Positions 50,266 to 61,000 of a DNA stretch of 64,000 nucleotides are shown here, piece after piece. The stretch's first letter is position 1, and every line of letters begins with the position of its first letter. The DNA is from Eledone cirrhosa. Its lineage: Eukaryota. The position numbers and the translations under genes are program-made. The stretch lies in the NCBI GenBank assembly GCA_964016885.1, contig OZ024742.1, forward strand, positions 129,208,001-129,272,000, given 5' to 3'. The notes under the pieces are model-generated. The model saw nothing but the letters and a program-made list of their open reading frames with translations. It had not been told where the DNA came from and did no database searches.

Positions 50266-52587
50266 TCACTAAAAGCCTAGGAAACTGGGATAAGCTGCAA
50301 TCTGATGAACCTCAAGTTTAGAACAGATTCTCTACAACTGCACGTATATGTAAGTGTGCAGGTAAGTTTCGTTTAACGTCCATCTTCCATGCTTGCATAG
50401 GTTTGTAAGTATACATAGTTATATTCATGCCTATGCAACAGTATGCACTAGCATGCATTTAAGTGGGTGCTTGGATTCTCATATAAGTATAATTGAGAGA
50501 GATAGAGAACCAAGTTTCTCCCACGGTGTGTCAGATAATAAACAAAGAACAGAAATCACAAATCAATAAGTGTGTTTGTATTAGATAAAGTAGGTGAACC
50601 AACTTTTATTCATTACTAATATTTTAGAGACAAAAAGCTGGAAAGCTCTATTACAGATGCAAAAATAAAAGCAAAATATTAAGTAAAATAATGAAAAAAA
50701 AAGGGGGGGGGGTTATATAGAGGATAATATTCACAAATGGAGTTATAATTTACAAGAAAGAGCAAGAGAGATAATTGCTCTTTTTGAAAACTCTAGTGAC
50801 AATCTCAGTTCTACTAAAAAAGAAAAAAAAGTGACCATTTAAAATATTCACATTTAAAGGGAGAAAAAAATAATTAACCATTTATTACCAGACAATGTTA
50901 TTTATTTATTTATTTATTGCAGCAAATATTTTTTATGAAACAGTGGAAATGAGACAAAAAGCCAAGAGGTAGGCAGCTATAAGCCACAAAGTCTGTTGTA
51001 ATTGTTGTTACAACTTATGCCTATACAGGTTTAGCCTGTCTCCTATGGAGCTGCATTTTCATAGGAGATTTGTTGGGTATTTTAATAACAGCATCCTAAG
51101 TATTATCATATGAACCCTTGTTAGCATTGTTCTGTGTCTGGTCAAGAAACTCTCAAATGGGTCTGGAGAAAGCAATGAGAAACCACTCCAATATAATCAT
51201 TCTTACAATGAAAATGGCGTAATGAGTTCTTCAGTTAAAGATAGCATTTTGGTTCTCAGAGCTTTCAGTTCAAATCCTGTCAAGGTAAACTTTGCCTTTC
51301 ATTCTTTCACGGTCAATAAATAAAGAACCATACCAATACTAGAATAGCGAGTCAATATCTATTATAAAAACATGGGTAGGAGTAGAATTGTGACAATGGG
51401 TCTGGTCAAAATGGATGCAGTAAAGTGAATTCCACTAAAGACACCCAAGAACCAGATGGTTGCTAGGTTTACCATCCAGCATAACCAATTTCCAGTTCTG
51501 TCAAAATATAAAATGTATTCCTACTCAAATTAGGAAATATTGTTTGTTTGTTTTTTTATCCTCATTACATAGAGGGAGTAAAAAAATATATAAATATTTG
51601 TTTAAAAATGGGCACCAATTATAATTATCCAACATAAATATATACAGAAATTTGACAAATCCAAGGTCAACGTGATACAATTACTAATGCTAAGAAGTAT
51701 TTAGGCCAGTTTACAATCTATATTTCCTCTCACTAAAACATAAATAATTACGGATCTCAAAATGTTGAACTTGACAGTGGAGATGGCGAAGGAATGCAGT
51801 AAGTGGAGAGATGCTATGCTGGAAAAGACCTGACCAACCCATATAAGTGTGGAAAAGCAAATGTAAAATGATGATGATGATGTTTCTATATGGATTCCCT
51901 TTTCCTCCCAGTTCCAGTCTAGGTTTGCTGTATAGTTTTGCTTTGAAATCTTTTGGTGTTAGTGATACAATGCTGAATAGGCATATTTTCAAAATTAAAT
52001 CAATTAGGAAGACAAAACAAATCTTACAAAATTAATTAGAAGCTATTATAGTGTTTCTGTGTTAATGTGATGGTGGTGAATCATTACAATACAGACTTCA
52101 TCTTCCCTTTCTGTAAAGTGTGCTTGGCAAATCCCATCCTTCACCAAGATATCACATCAAAGAGTTGAATTCAGAACTCAACACTGAAAGATAAATCAAT
52201 TTTAGTGTTGTTACTGTTTACAACAATGAAGGGAAACCATTCTCTGATACTTATTCACAATAAGATAGACTGAGTCATTGAAAATTTAATGAACTTGTCT
52301 ATACACAGTACAGTACTTATGACACAACATAAAATACTGACTCTTTGTCTGGTTATTGTTCAACCCCAAATTAGCTCTGATTGAGCAGACATAACCCAAA
52401 ATATCCCAACTACCACATTTTTATTTCCCTAGATACAATATACTCCTAGACAACTCTTTCCAATATGTCCTGTATCTTTTTAAGGCAAGAAGGATGCAAT
52501 TTAAGGGAGATTTGGCTGTTATTTCTCTCAGATCTAGTGACCACACAGAGACTGTGTCAATGGCTCACCTCGTTATTTATCAGTAGA

Positions 52588-52724
52588 GCCATGCTGTGAA
52601 TATGGAATGTGTCTGTAATCCGGTCAATCTACCATTGGCATACCTATTTGGCATACCTATTTGGCATACCTGCCATGCTGTGAATATGGAACATGTCTGC
52701 AACTCTGTCAATCTACCATTGGTA
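52588..52724. repeat. Diverged direct repeat (about 55 bp, period 84) with an internal 13-bp triplet
   Basis: GCCATGCTGTGAATATGGAA...TCAATCTACCATTGG at 52588 and 52672; (AT)TTGGCATACCT three times between them. Confidence 0.85.
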
Positions 52725-53704
52725 TGGCCTTCATCTGGCTTTGAAGCCTGAATATTTAGTGTTATAAGACTACAATTCAATTATCATTCTCATCGTCATC
52801 ATCATTCAACATTTGTTTCCTCTGCTAGCAAGAGTTTGACTGGTCATCCCTTGCCAAGACAGTAATTAATTGAGTAGTGGGAGAAGAAGAGGGTTATCTT
52901 ACAGACATCATTCCTGCACTATGCAGAGTGTACTGGGTCCATTTTATCATGACTCCAGCAGTAAGGAGACTGTAGTTATTTTACTAAATCTGTCCAAATT
53001 CTTTTATTATTATTTTTTTAAATTAATATAAATACAATGGTAATGTAATTGAAAATAATTTAAACAACCACATCAAAGAAGGGCTACCTTAGCAAGACTG
53101 ATAGTCATACTTTGTATAATGCATTGCCATACTTAAAAAATATTGCCTAGTAGACAAATAATTCAACCAAGTTGCAGTTATTTGCCAAACGTGCTAATGA
53201 ATAAATTTATTTTGTTAAGGTTTTTGTATATGAATTTTATTTCTAATTATTTTTTCAATTGTTCATTGAAATGAAGAAATGAGAAGAAAAAAATGCCTAG
53301 CAAAATTACAAATTGAACATGTTTGCATTTTTGTTTTCTTTTTTTCCTCTAACCAACTTTGAAAATTATCATTCAACAGAAAAAATATATTAAATTTCGA
53401 ATTCAATGAAGGAAACTGCTTAACAGAACTGAAACTGCCGAGCAAATGAATGATTTAAACCGTTCTGGTTTGAAAAAATAACACGCATAAATTGATTTTG
53501 GAATATATATATAAAAAAAAAGGAAGATAATATGAAATAACATTTTTTATGAGATAAGAATAACAACATTTTTTTTACATAAATGTTTCCTTAAAGTCAT
53601 GAAGAAAAATTTTATGATTTGAAAAGAAATTTCCATCTTAGAAAGGAGTTTAAGTGTGTGTGTCTGGGATATATTATCATCATCGTCATTTATCATTGGC
53701 ATTT

Positions 53705-53850
53705 AATTGGATATCTTGATATGACCATCAGAATTGGTCAAACAATAAATTCACTACAAAACATCTGGAAAGATCCCATCCCCAAATCTACAAATTGCAG
53801 TCTTCAAAGCTACAGTCAAAACCATCTGACTATATAGTTCAGAATAAGGT
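53705..53850 (+). pseudogene. Highly decayed RTE-like LINE coding relic (third family)
   Basis: With frameshifts reads ...IRIGQ..NSLQNIWKD....VFKATVKTI*LYSSE, resembling the post-RT LLYGSE motif region. Confidence 0.4.
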
Positions 53851-54279
53851 AAGCCAGGAGCTGTATCTCACTTATGTACGGTTGTGAACTCGGTAGGTTA
53901 CATTGGGTGCATTATATTGTGGCACCAGCCACAGACTGAGTTCAAATCCCACCAAGGTTAACTTTGCCTTTCATCCTTATGGGGGGGGGGGGGGGGGTCG
54001 ATAAAATAAAGCACCAATAATGCACTGGGATAATTGCTGGCCTTGTGCCAAAAGTAGAAACAATTATATTATGGCCCCAGCACCATTGAGGGATTATGAA
54101 ATTCATAGAAAATGTAAGAAATTCAGGAATGATTAAATAGAGTAAGTTGTTATACATAATAGCTTCGAAAATCAGGTAAAATATCCCTATAGACGGAAAA
54201 AAATGGCCAGTGGCATTTTGAATGCTCAATTTATATACAATGCTGTTTACATTTAAATGCTGAATGAATTAGTATTCTA

Positions 54280-54870
54280 ATTTGGACTTGTTGAGCAAGT
54301 TGAAACATCAAGAGCCTGGAATGCTTTGGTTTTTCTCTGGTGAGAAAAACTTTGATCAGGGTGAACTGAAGGAATGACAGATGCTTATACAGAGACCCTA
54401 ACGATGTTCCAATGGTCATGCACATAAAGTTTCCAGCAACTGCGATGGCTCTGGGAGTCGTGAGCAACAAGAGAAAAGTCATCCCTCTTCAAATCTTTCC
54501 TCATGGCTTATAGGTCAATGCTGCTAACTCTAAGATGTCGGAGAGGGTTGTGAGGCCTTAGATAGAGAGCGTGAGCAAAGGGAAACCATATAGCTACCAA
54601 CAAGACTGTGTTGTTCCATAAGGCCAAGACGACCCAAGAATGAATGAGCTACAAACTCCACAATCATGTGGCCTCCTAGATCTCCAGACATTAATCCACT
54701 GGACTACTATGTATGGGGCATAGTGAAGAGGAGAGTCAATGTTCCCATAACACTATAAAATCTCTGAAGTCTGCCATAACTAGCACAATGTCTAAAATAG
54801 ATAAAGATTATTTGATATGAGGATGTCAATGTTTCAGACCTTACATTGAAGTAGTCATCTATGCCAAGAA
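54280..54870 (+). pseudogene. Second, older maT-like transposase relic
   Basis: LKHQEPGMLWFFSGEKNFDQ, DVPMVMHIKFPATAMALGVVSN, YQQD, WPPRSPDINPLDYYVWGIV, with multiple stops and frameshifts; clearly homologous to 20055-20612; no TIRs recognised. Confidence 0.8.
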
Positions 54871-55350
54871 GAGTCTCAAGAATATTCATACCAAAAGCTT
54901 TTTTTTCATTATTTGTGTGTCTTTTGATAAATTCATGCAAATGTCCTCATAGAACAGAGCAACCATGTATATATGTGTGAATAGGGTGGAGGGTCAGTTA
55001 CCACAAATGTCATATCAACATTATTCATACCGTGACTGTTGTGACACAGAAGGGCATCTAACCCTAGAAAACCTGCCACGAAAGAGCTCATCCAACCCAT
55101 GCAAGTCTGGAAATGGCTGTAAGAATGATGATGATAGTGATTATGATGGTGGCATATAATACTTTCTCATTCATAAAAATTATTCAATTCTAACAAATTC
55201 AATTATTTTCTGAACATCTAACACTGAAATAGTAACTTGATCTAACATTTAATGTTAGATGTTTATTAAAACTAATTACACTGACAGATAACTAAAATGA
55301 AGCTCCTCAACAAAAAAAACCATACTTATTACATTATTACTGGGAACACA

Positions 55351-55567
55351 AAGGCAATAGATTGGTAGAATTGGTAGGGCATCAGATAATATACTTTGCA
55401 GCATATAGTTACAGACCTTTACGTTCTGAGTTCAAATCCAGCCAAGGTTAAGCTTTGCCTTTCATCCTTACAGGATCGATAAAATAAAGTACCAGTGATG
55501 CACTGGGGTTGATTTAATCAACTTTCCCCTCCTCAAAATTGTTGGCCTTGTGCCTAAATCAGAAACA
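55351..55567 (+). mobile_element. Full-length S1 SINE with 18-bp TSD
   Basis: ATTATTACTGGGAACACA at 55333-55350 and 55568-55585. Confidence 0.92.
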
Positions 55568-56881
55568 ATTATTACTGGGAACACAGATGGCTAAGTAGAT
55601 AGCATGCTTGGCAACTACACTATGTTGGGTTCAATGGTCAAAACGGCTTTCAAATATTTAACATGAATACAACAGAATATACCCTGCTTAAAATTGAAAA
55701 TTATATCTAACCAACATATTTACATAGACCAAGTTGCTGATAGTTAGCTCTTGGCTGTGAGCACAGTGCAGTTCAGAAGAGTGATATAACGAACTACTAA
55801 CTCTTCACACCCTGTAATGATTTAGCAGAAAATATCTAAAAACATTTTTGTTGATTCGAACGTTTGTAGTAACTTTGTGTGTGGACATATTATTGTAAAA
55901 ATTTGCATTAAATTAAAGTGGAGACTTTAATTGTTAATGAGATGCAGGCATATTGTTGTTTTGTAATTTTCAAGAATGTCTTGTTAATGCAAGTTTAATG
56001 TGGTACAGTCCATTAAGAGTTAAACCTTTTTATCAGGTAATTGACCCACATTATTCAATAGGCTAGCTATGACTCACTAGTCTGTATGATTATCTATTAT
56101 ATTGTCTATATAACATTTCTTAGAAGAAAAAAAACAAATATACACAACAAAACTCAAAACAAACATAAAATGTTTAATGTCAAAATGTTGCACACATCTG
56201 AGTTAAGTAAACAATGGTAAAAGTAGGGTTTACATTTGTTAAGAATTAAGAGATTATGCACTAGAATAGAACTGTGAACAAACTGAACAATCAATACTTA
56301 GACTAGATATGTATGTATGTATGTATTATATATATATATATATATATATATAGAATACATAAAATACACAGTGCAGTTTCTAAGTGATAGTGCATTACAA
56401 TGAAATGTACCCAATACACTCTATAAAGAGATTTGCATAAGAAAGTGGATCCATCCATAAAAAACATGCCAAGCCTCAGACCATAACAAGCTGTCCAACC
56501 CATGCTAGCATGGAAAATGGACATAAGGCTACAATGATAATGATTTGTATATGAGTCTGGTGTGCATGGGGGGGGGGGGGGTATATTGGGTGCAATTTTT
56601 GCTTTCCTTTTTGGTAAGTAAAACTAACATCTAGCAAAATCCTTGTTCACATGAAAAAGATGGAACGGTCACAGCTGTAAACCTTTCATCGTAGGTCTGC
56701 TTTGTCAAAGAGAATGTAAAAGGCCATAACTACTATACATACTCATATATAAGCACAAGAATATGTGACAAAAACAAAAATACTGATGGTAAAATGGGGG
56801 TCAGCTGATATTCATAGTCAATATTTTACTGATTTTCACCAATTTATATTCTATGTAAATGAGGTAAAATATTTTTGCTTT

Positions 56882-57287
56882 GGAGGTAAATATTACACCG
56901 GTTTCACTTTGGAGGTGAATATTACACCGGTTTCACTTTGGAGGTGAATATTACACCGGTTTCACTTTGGAGGTGAATATTACACCGGTTTCACTTTGAA
57001 GGTGAATATTACACCGGTTTCACTTTGAAGGTGAATATTACACCGGTTTCACTTTGGAGGTGAATATTACACCGGTTTCACTTTGGAGGTGAATATTACA
57101 CCGGTTTCACTTTGGAGGTAAATATTACACCGGTTTCACTTTGAAGGTAAATATTACACCGGTTTCACTTTGGAGGTGAATATTACACCGGTTTCACTTT
57201 GGAGGTGAATATTTCACCGATTTCACTTTGGAGGTGAATATTTCACCGGTTTCACTTTGGAGGTGAATATTTCACCGGTTTCACTTT
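56882..57287. repeat. 29-bp minisatellite, 14 copies
   Basis: Unit GGAGGTGAATATTACACCGGTTTCACTTT, head to tail from 56882 with no spacers and few substitutions. Confidence 0.97.
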
Positions 57288-57816
57288 CAACATGAAATTC
57301 ATTTCATGAATTATTTTTGATGAAACACCCAGAAATTATTCAATTTTTAGTTAATTGAGTCAGAGGACATGCTGGTGTGAGATTTGTGCAATTTTAAAAA
57401 TCTACTTAAAGCTTTATAATACTTGTGCGACATTAAATTGTTTCCAAGTTTCTAAAGGCACACATTTCATTTGATGTGTAATATAAAAACCTGTTGCATT
57501 TGGGAGATGGCACTATTGTTGTTTGCTAAAAAACAAAAACAAAGAACAGAAGCAAAATACTCCCAGCAATTGAGTAGCTGGAAATAAACAAAAATTTGAT
57601 TATTCAAATCCACTACACTTAATATTATTGATTTCTAATTTAGGCACAATGCCATCAATTTAGGGGAGAGAGGAAGTTGATTAAATCAACCCCAGTACTT
57701 GACTGGTACTTTATTTTATCAACTCTGAAAAGATGAAAAGCAACGTTGACCTTAATAGGATTTGAACTCAGATAATGAAGAGCCAGAACTAAACACCACA
57801 AAGCATATTGTCCGAT

Positions 57817-58736
57817 CATCATCACCGTTTTACGTCCGTTCTTCCACGCTAGCATGGGTTAGACGGGTTGTCCTGTTGTGGGCAGTGTCTGGTCGGCTGA
57901 CCATGCCTTGCTCATACCTTGCTCATACAGGAACTGATTTGGCTTGATTTCTACAGCTTCCTAACACCAACCTCATTTGCAGTGAGTGCTGGGTGCTTTT
58001 TCGTGGCGCCTACACGTCCACTTTACAGTGTGGGCTGGGTGCTTTTTTTGCTGTGGCACCTCCACGACCACCTTGCGGTGGTGGTGGTGGTGGTGGTGGG
58101 GGGGGGGGGCATATTGTCTATATGCTTCAGCTTGTACCCATGAGATGTCGGGTACTCTGTATTACTGCGTAACGCCAGAAGTCACGGTCGTGTGTCATTG
58201 CCTTTGAGAGGTGTAATTGGGTAAGGTCGGCTTTTATCACCTCATCCCAGGTCATCTTGGGTCTCCCCACTCCGCGGTTTCCATCGACTTCTAGTGCTCT
58301 GCACCTTTTTATGCAGCTGTCATCCTTCATACGCATCACATGTCCATACCAGCGCAACCGCCTCTCCTGCACACAGCATTTGATTCCTCTTATGCTCAGT
58401 CCCTCTCTCAATTCATTTATGCTTTGTCGTTCGCGTATATTACTGTTACACATCCATCGGAGCATGCAGGCTTCATTTCTCTCTAATCTACGCAAGTCTT
58501 CCACCTTCAGCGCCCAGGTCTCACTACCATGTAACATCGCTGTTCGGATACACGCATCATACAGTCTACCTTTCATTTTGAGGGAGAAGCCTTTTGCAGC
58601 TAGCAGTGGCAGTAGTTCCCTAAACTTCTTCCATCCCGTTCTTACCCTAGTTATTGTACTTTCTGAACACCCACCTCCGCTGCTAATTCGGTCACCTAGG
58701 TAGCAGAAGCTGTCTACTGTTTCTACAGAGCCCTCC
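57817..58736 (-). mobile_element. 5'-truncated RTE subfamily B copy inserted in an S1 SINE head
   Basis: ORF 58127..58576 is a paralogue of the RTE-A C-terminus with many substitutions and a distinct 3' UTR; host SINE 57626-57815 resumes at about 58737 (TAACAATTCTACCAATTCAC). Confidence 0.9.
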
Positions 58737-58774
58737 TAACAATTCTACCAATTCACTACCCTCTAGGAACAATA

Positions 58775-59026
58775 GTAATGCTTTCTGATTTAGGCACAAG
58801 GCAACAATTTCGGGGAGGGGGGGATTAAATCGACCCCAGTGTGTTACTGGCACTTTATTTTAGTGATTTTAAGGATGAAAGGCAAAGCTAACCTTGGTAG
58901 GATTTGAAATCAGAACATAAAGAGCCGTAACTCTGTGTCGTAAAGCATGTTGTTCGACGATAAAATAAAGTACCAGTAATGCACTGGGTAATTGCTGGCC
59001 TTGTGCCTAAAGTAGAAACAATTATC
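58775..59026. mobile_element. Two S1 SINE pieces fused in opposite orientation
   Basis: Minus-strand copy about 58775-58958 joined at TTCGACGATAAAAT to a plus-strand 3' half about 58957-59026. Confidence 0.7.
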
Positions 59027-59668
59027 ATTTTACATCTGCCTTCCATGCTGGCATGGGTTGGACGAGTTGTCAGTTTGAGACTAGAGACATCTTAGAGACC
59101 TCATCTTGCTCATAAGTTTCATATTTGGCATGATTTCTACTATTGGATGACATTAACCATTTTACAAGGTTTACTGGGTGTCTTTTATCATAACAGCAAC
59201 ACTTTACAGAGTATAAGGGATCATTTTATTGTAACACTGGCACTACCACTTTACAGGGTGTACTGGGTGCATTTCATTTAGAAAACATGGGTAAGATACC
59301 CTTAGAGACAGAGATAATATATTTTCTAAAAATTTTAAAATTTCCAAGGAATTTGATAGTCATTTGGTGGTTATGTATAAGTAGTTGAGTATGTGTGACA
59401 TCCGAACTAGTATCCTCCACCTCCAACTAACTTACCCTTGGCCTCTTGGTCCCATCCAACAGGATAGAGAACACGTTACCCCGGACGATGTCGAGGAAGG
59501 TGTGCTGGAGCAGCCACTTCACCTTGTGGGGCTTTCACTTGTCAGCAGCCAACTGCTCTTACAGTGGTGAGTAGGCATGTGGTCTGGGAGCCAAGAATGC
59601 CGGATGTCTCCAGCACCACAAACCTATCAGAGAGTGGTCAATACTTAGATTATAAAAAGTCTGTTTAC

Positions 59669-60370
59669 TTTCAAGCTGTTTCATATATCTATGTTATTTA
59701 GATGGAATCTGTAGTTAGCAGCTCTATAGCTTAATGGTAAATCATTCGGCTGGAATTTGAGGGAAAAAGTTCGATTCTCCTTAACCCTGTAGCATTTAAA
59801 CTGGTCATATCCAGCCAGAATTCTCTCACCTCTTTCTGTTCAATGTGGCTCTAACCAGTCCCTCATACTGACATTAAGGTATTGTTCTCAAAATAAATAT
59901 CAAAATCTCGTAGATTCGATATTATGTGAGATAATTTTTAAGACAAAGCCTTTACTGTGAAATTACAATAGTTTATATAGATTAATGTAAATGTTAAAGG
60001 GTTAATGGTGGCTGGCCATTTTTTTCCATCTCTAAGCAGTAGTTTACTCAATTTTTTAAGCTATTATTTACAGTGATCAACTATTGTTAGTTATTTTCTT
60101 GTGTTTGAGATTCTTACATTTTCTCCAACTTTCAAGATTGTCCAGTGCTTCAATAATTAAAAGAAAAAAAATTGTTTTCATTCAAGCTGTTTGGTATAGC
60201 TGTCTGGTCTGTAGTTAGCAGCTACTTAGCTCAATGGTGAAGCACTTAGCTGGAATTCAGGAGATGCAGAGTTCAATCCTCTGTAATGGCGACAAGCCAC
60301 ATATTTCCATCTTTAGAGACAGTTTACCTGATTTTCTAAGCTATTATTTACAACAATCAACTGTTGTTAC
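59669..60370 (+). repeat. Diverged tandem pair of about 290-bp units containing a tRNA-like head; first unit split by a MITE B (59781-60005)
   Basis: TTCAAGCTGTTT...TCTGTAGTTAGCAGCT..TAGCT(T/C)AATGGT...GCTGGAATT...GTTC(G/A)AT...TTTCCATCT...TAAGCTATTATTTACA occurs from 59670 and from 60181; related head at about 39710-39800. Confidence 0.7.
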
Positions 60371-60916
60371 AGTTATCTTCTACATTTGGGATTCCTACAT
60401 TTTCTGTAGTGTATGAGTGAGAGAGAGTGATGTGTGCGTGTGTGTGCGTGTGTGTGCGTGTGTGCGCGTGTGCGTGCCCACGCGCATATACATACATGCA
60501 CATTGCTACTTGAAAATTCACAGATTGCACCAGATATTCAATATCAATGACAGGCATACTATATCAATGGTAGTTTTGAATTTGACAAAGAGATGAGAAA
60601 AAAAAAAAAAAAAAAAATTTGACATGAATTCTATCCAAAACACTAACAGCTAAAGTGTGAACATCAGTGATAAAATATATTTTTAATATGCGTCACATAT
60701 ATATATTTTTTTCTTTTTTGTATATTTCCATTCAGACATCCTACATTGCAAATATATATATATATATTTTTTTTTGTTTTTTTAATAAACATATATGACT
60801 ATTTTATGTTATAAGGAGTTCATGGCACCATACCCATGAAATATTTATATATTGCAACAGCCACCTGGCTGTAGTACAATAGTATAGTGGTACCATATCT
60901 ATGAATATTTGTTTTA

Positions 60917-61000
60917 ACAGCCACCCAGCAATAGTATAGTAGTGCAGAGGCAGCTACCCAGCAATAGGACAGTGGTACAGAGGCAGCTACCCAGCAATAC
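60917..61000. repeat. 33-bp degenerate tandem repeat (about 2.5 copies)
   Basis: CAGC(C/T)ACCCAGCAATA recurring at a 33-bp period. Confidence 0.8.

Noticed and set aside
53801-53848. Plus-strand 48-nt exon candidate (CAG|...AAG|GTAAGC)
   Set aside because: Lies inside a decayed RTE-like coding relic and has a weak pyrimidine tract.
56882-57287. CRISPR array
   Set aside because: The 29-bp repeats are contiguous with no unique spacers, there are no cas genes, and the context is eukaryotic.
60226-60300. Functional tRNA gene
   Set aside because: The acceptor stem does not pair well, the anticodon and variable arm are inconsistent, and it occurs as diverged repeat copies.
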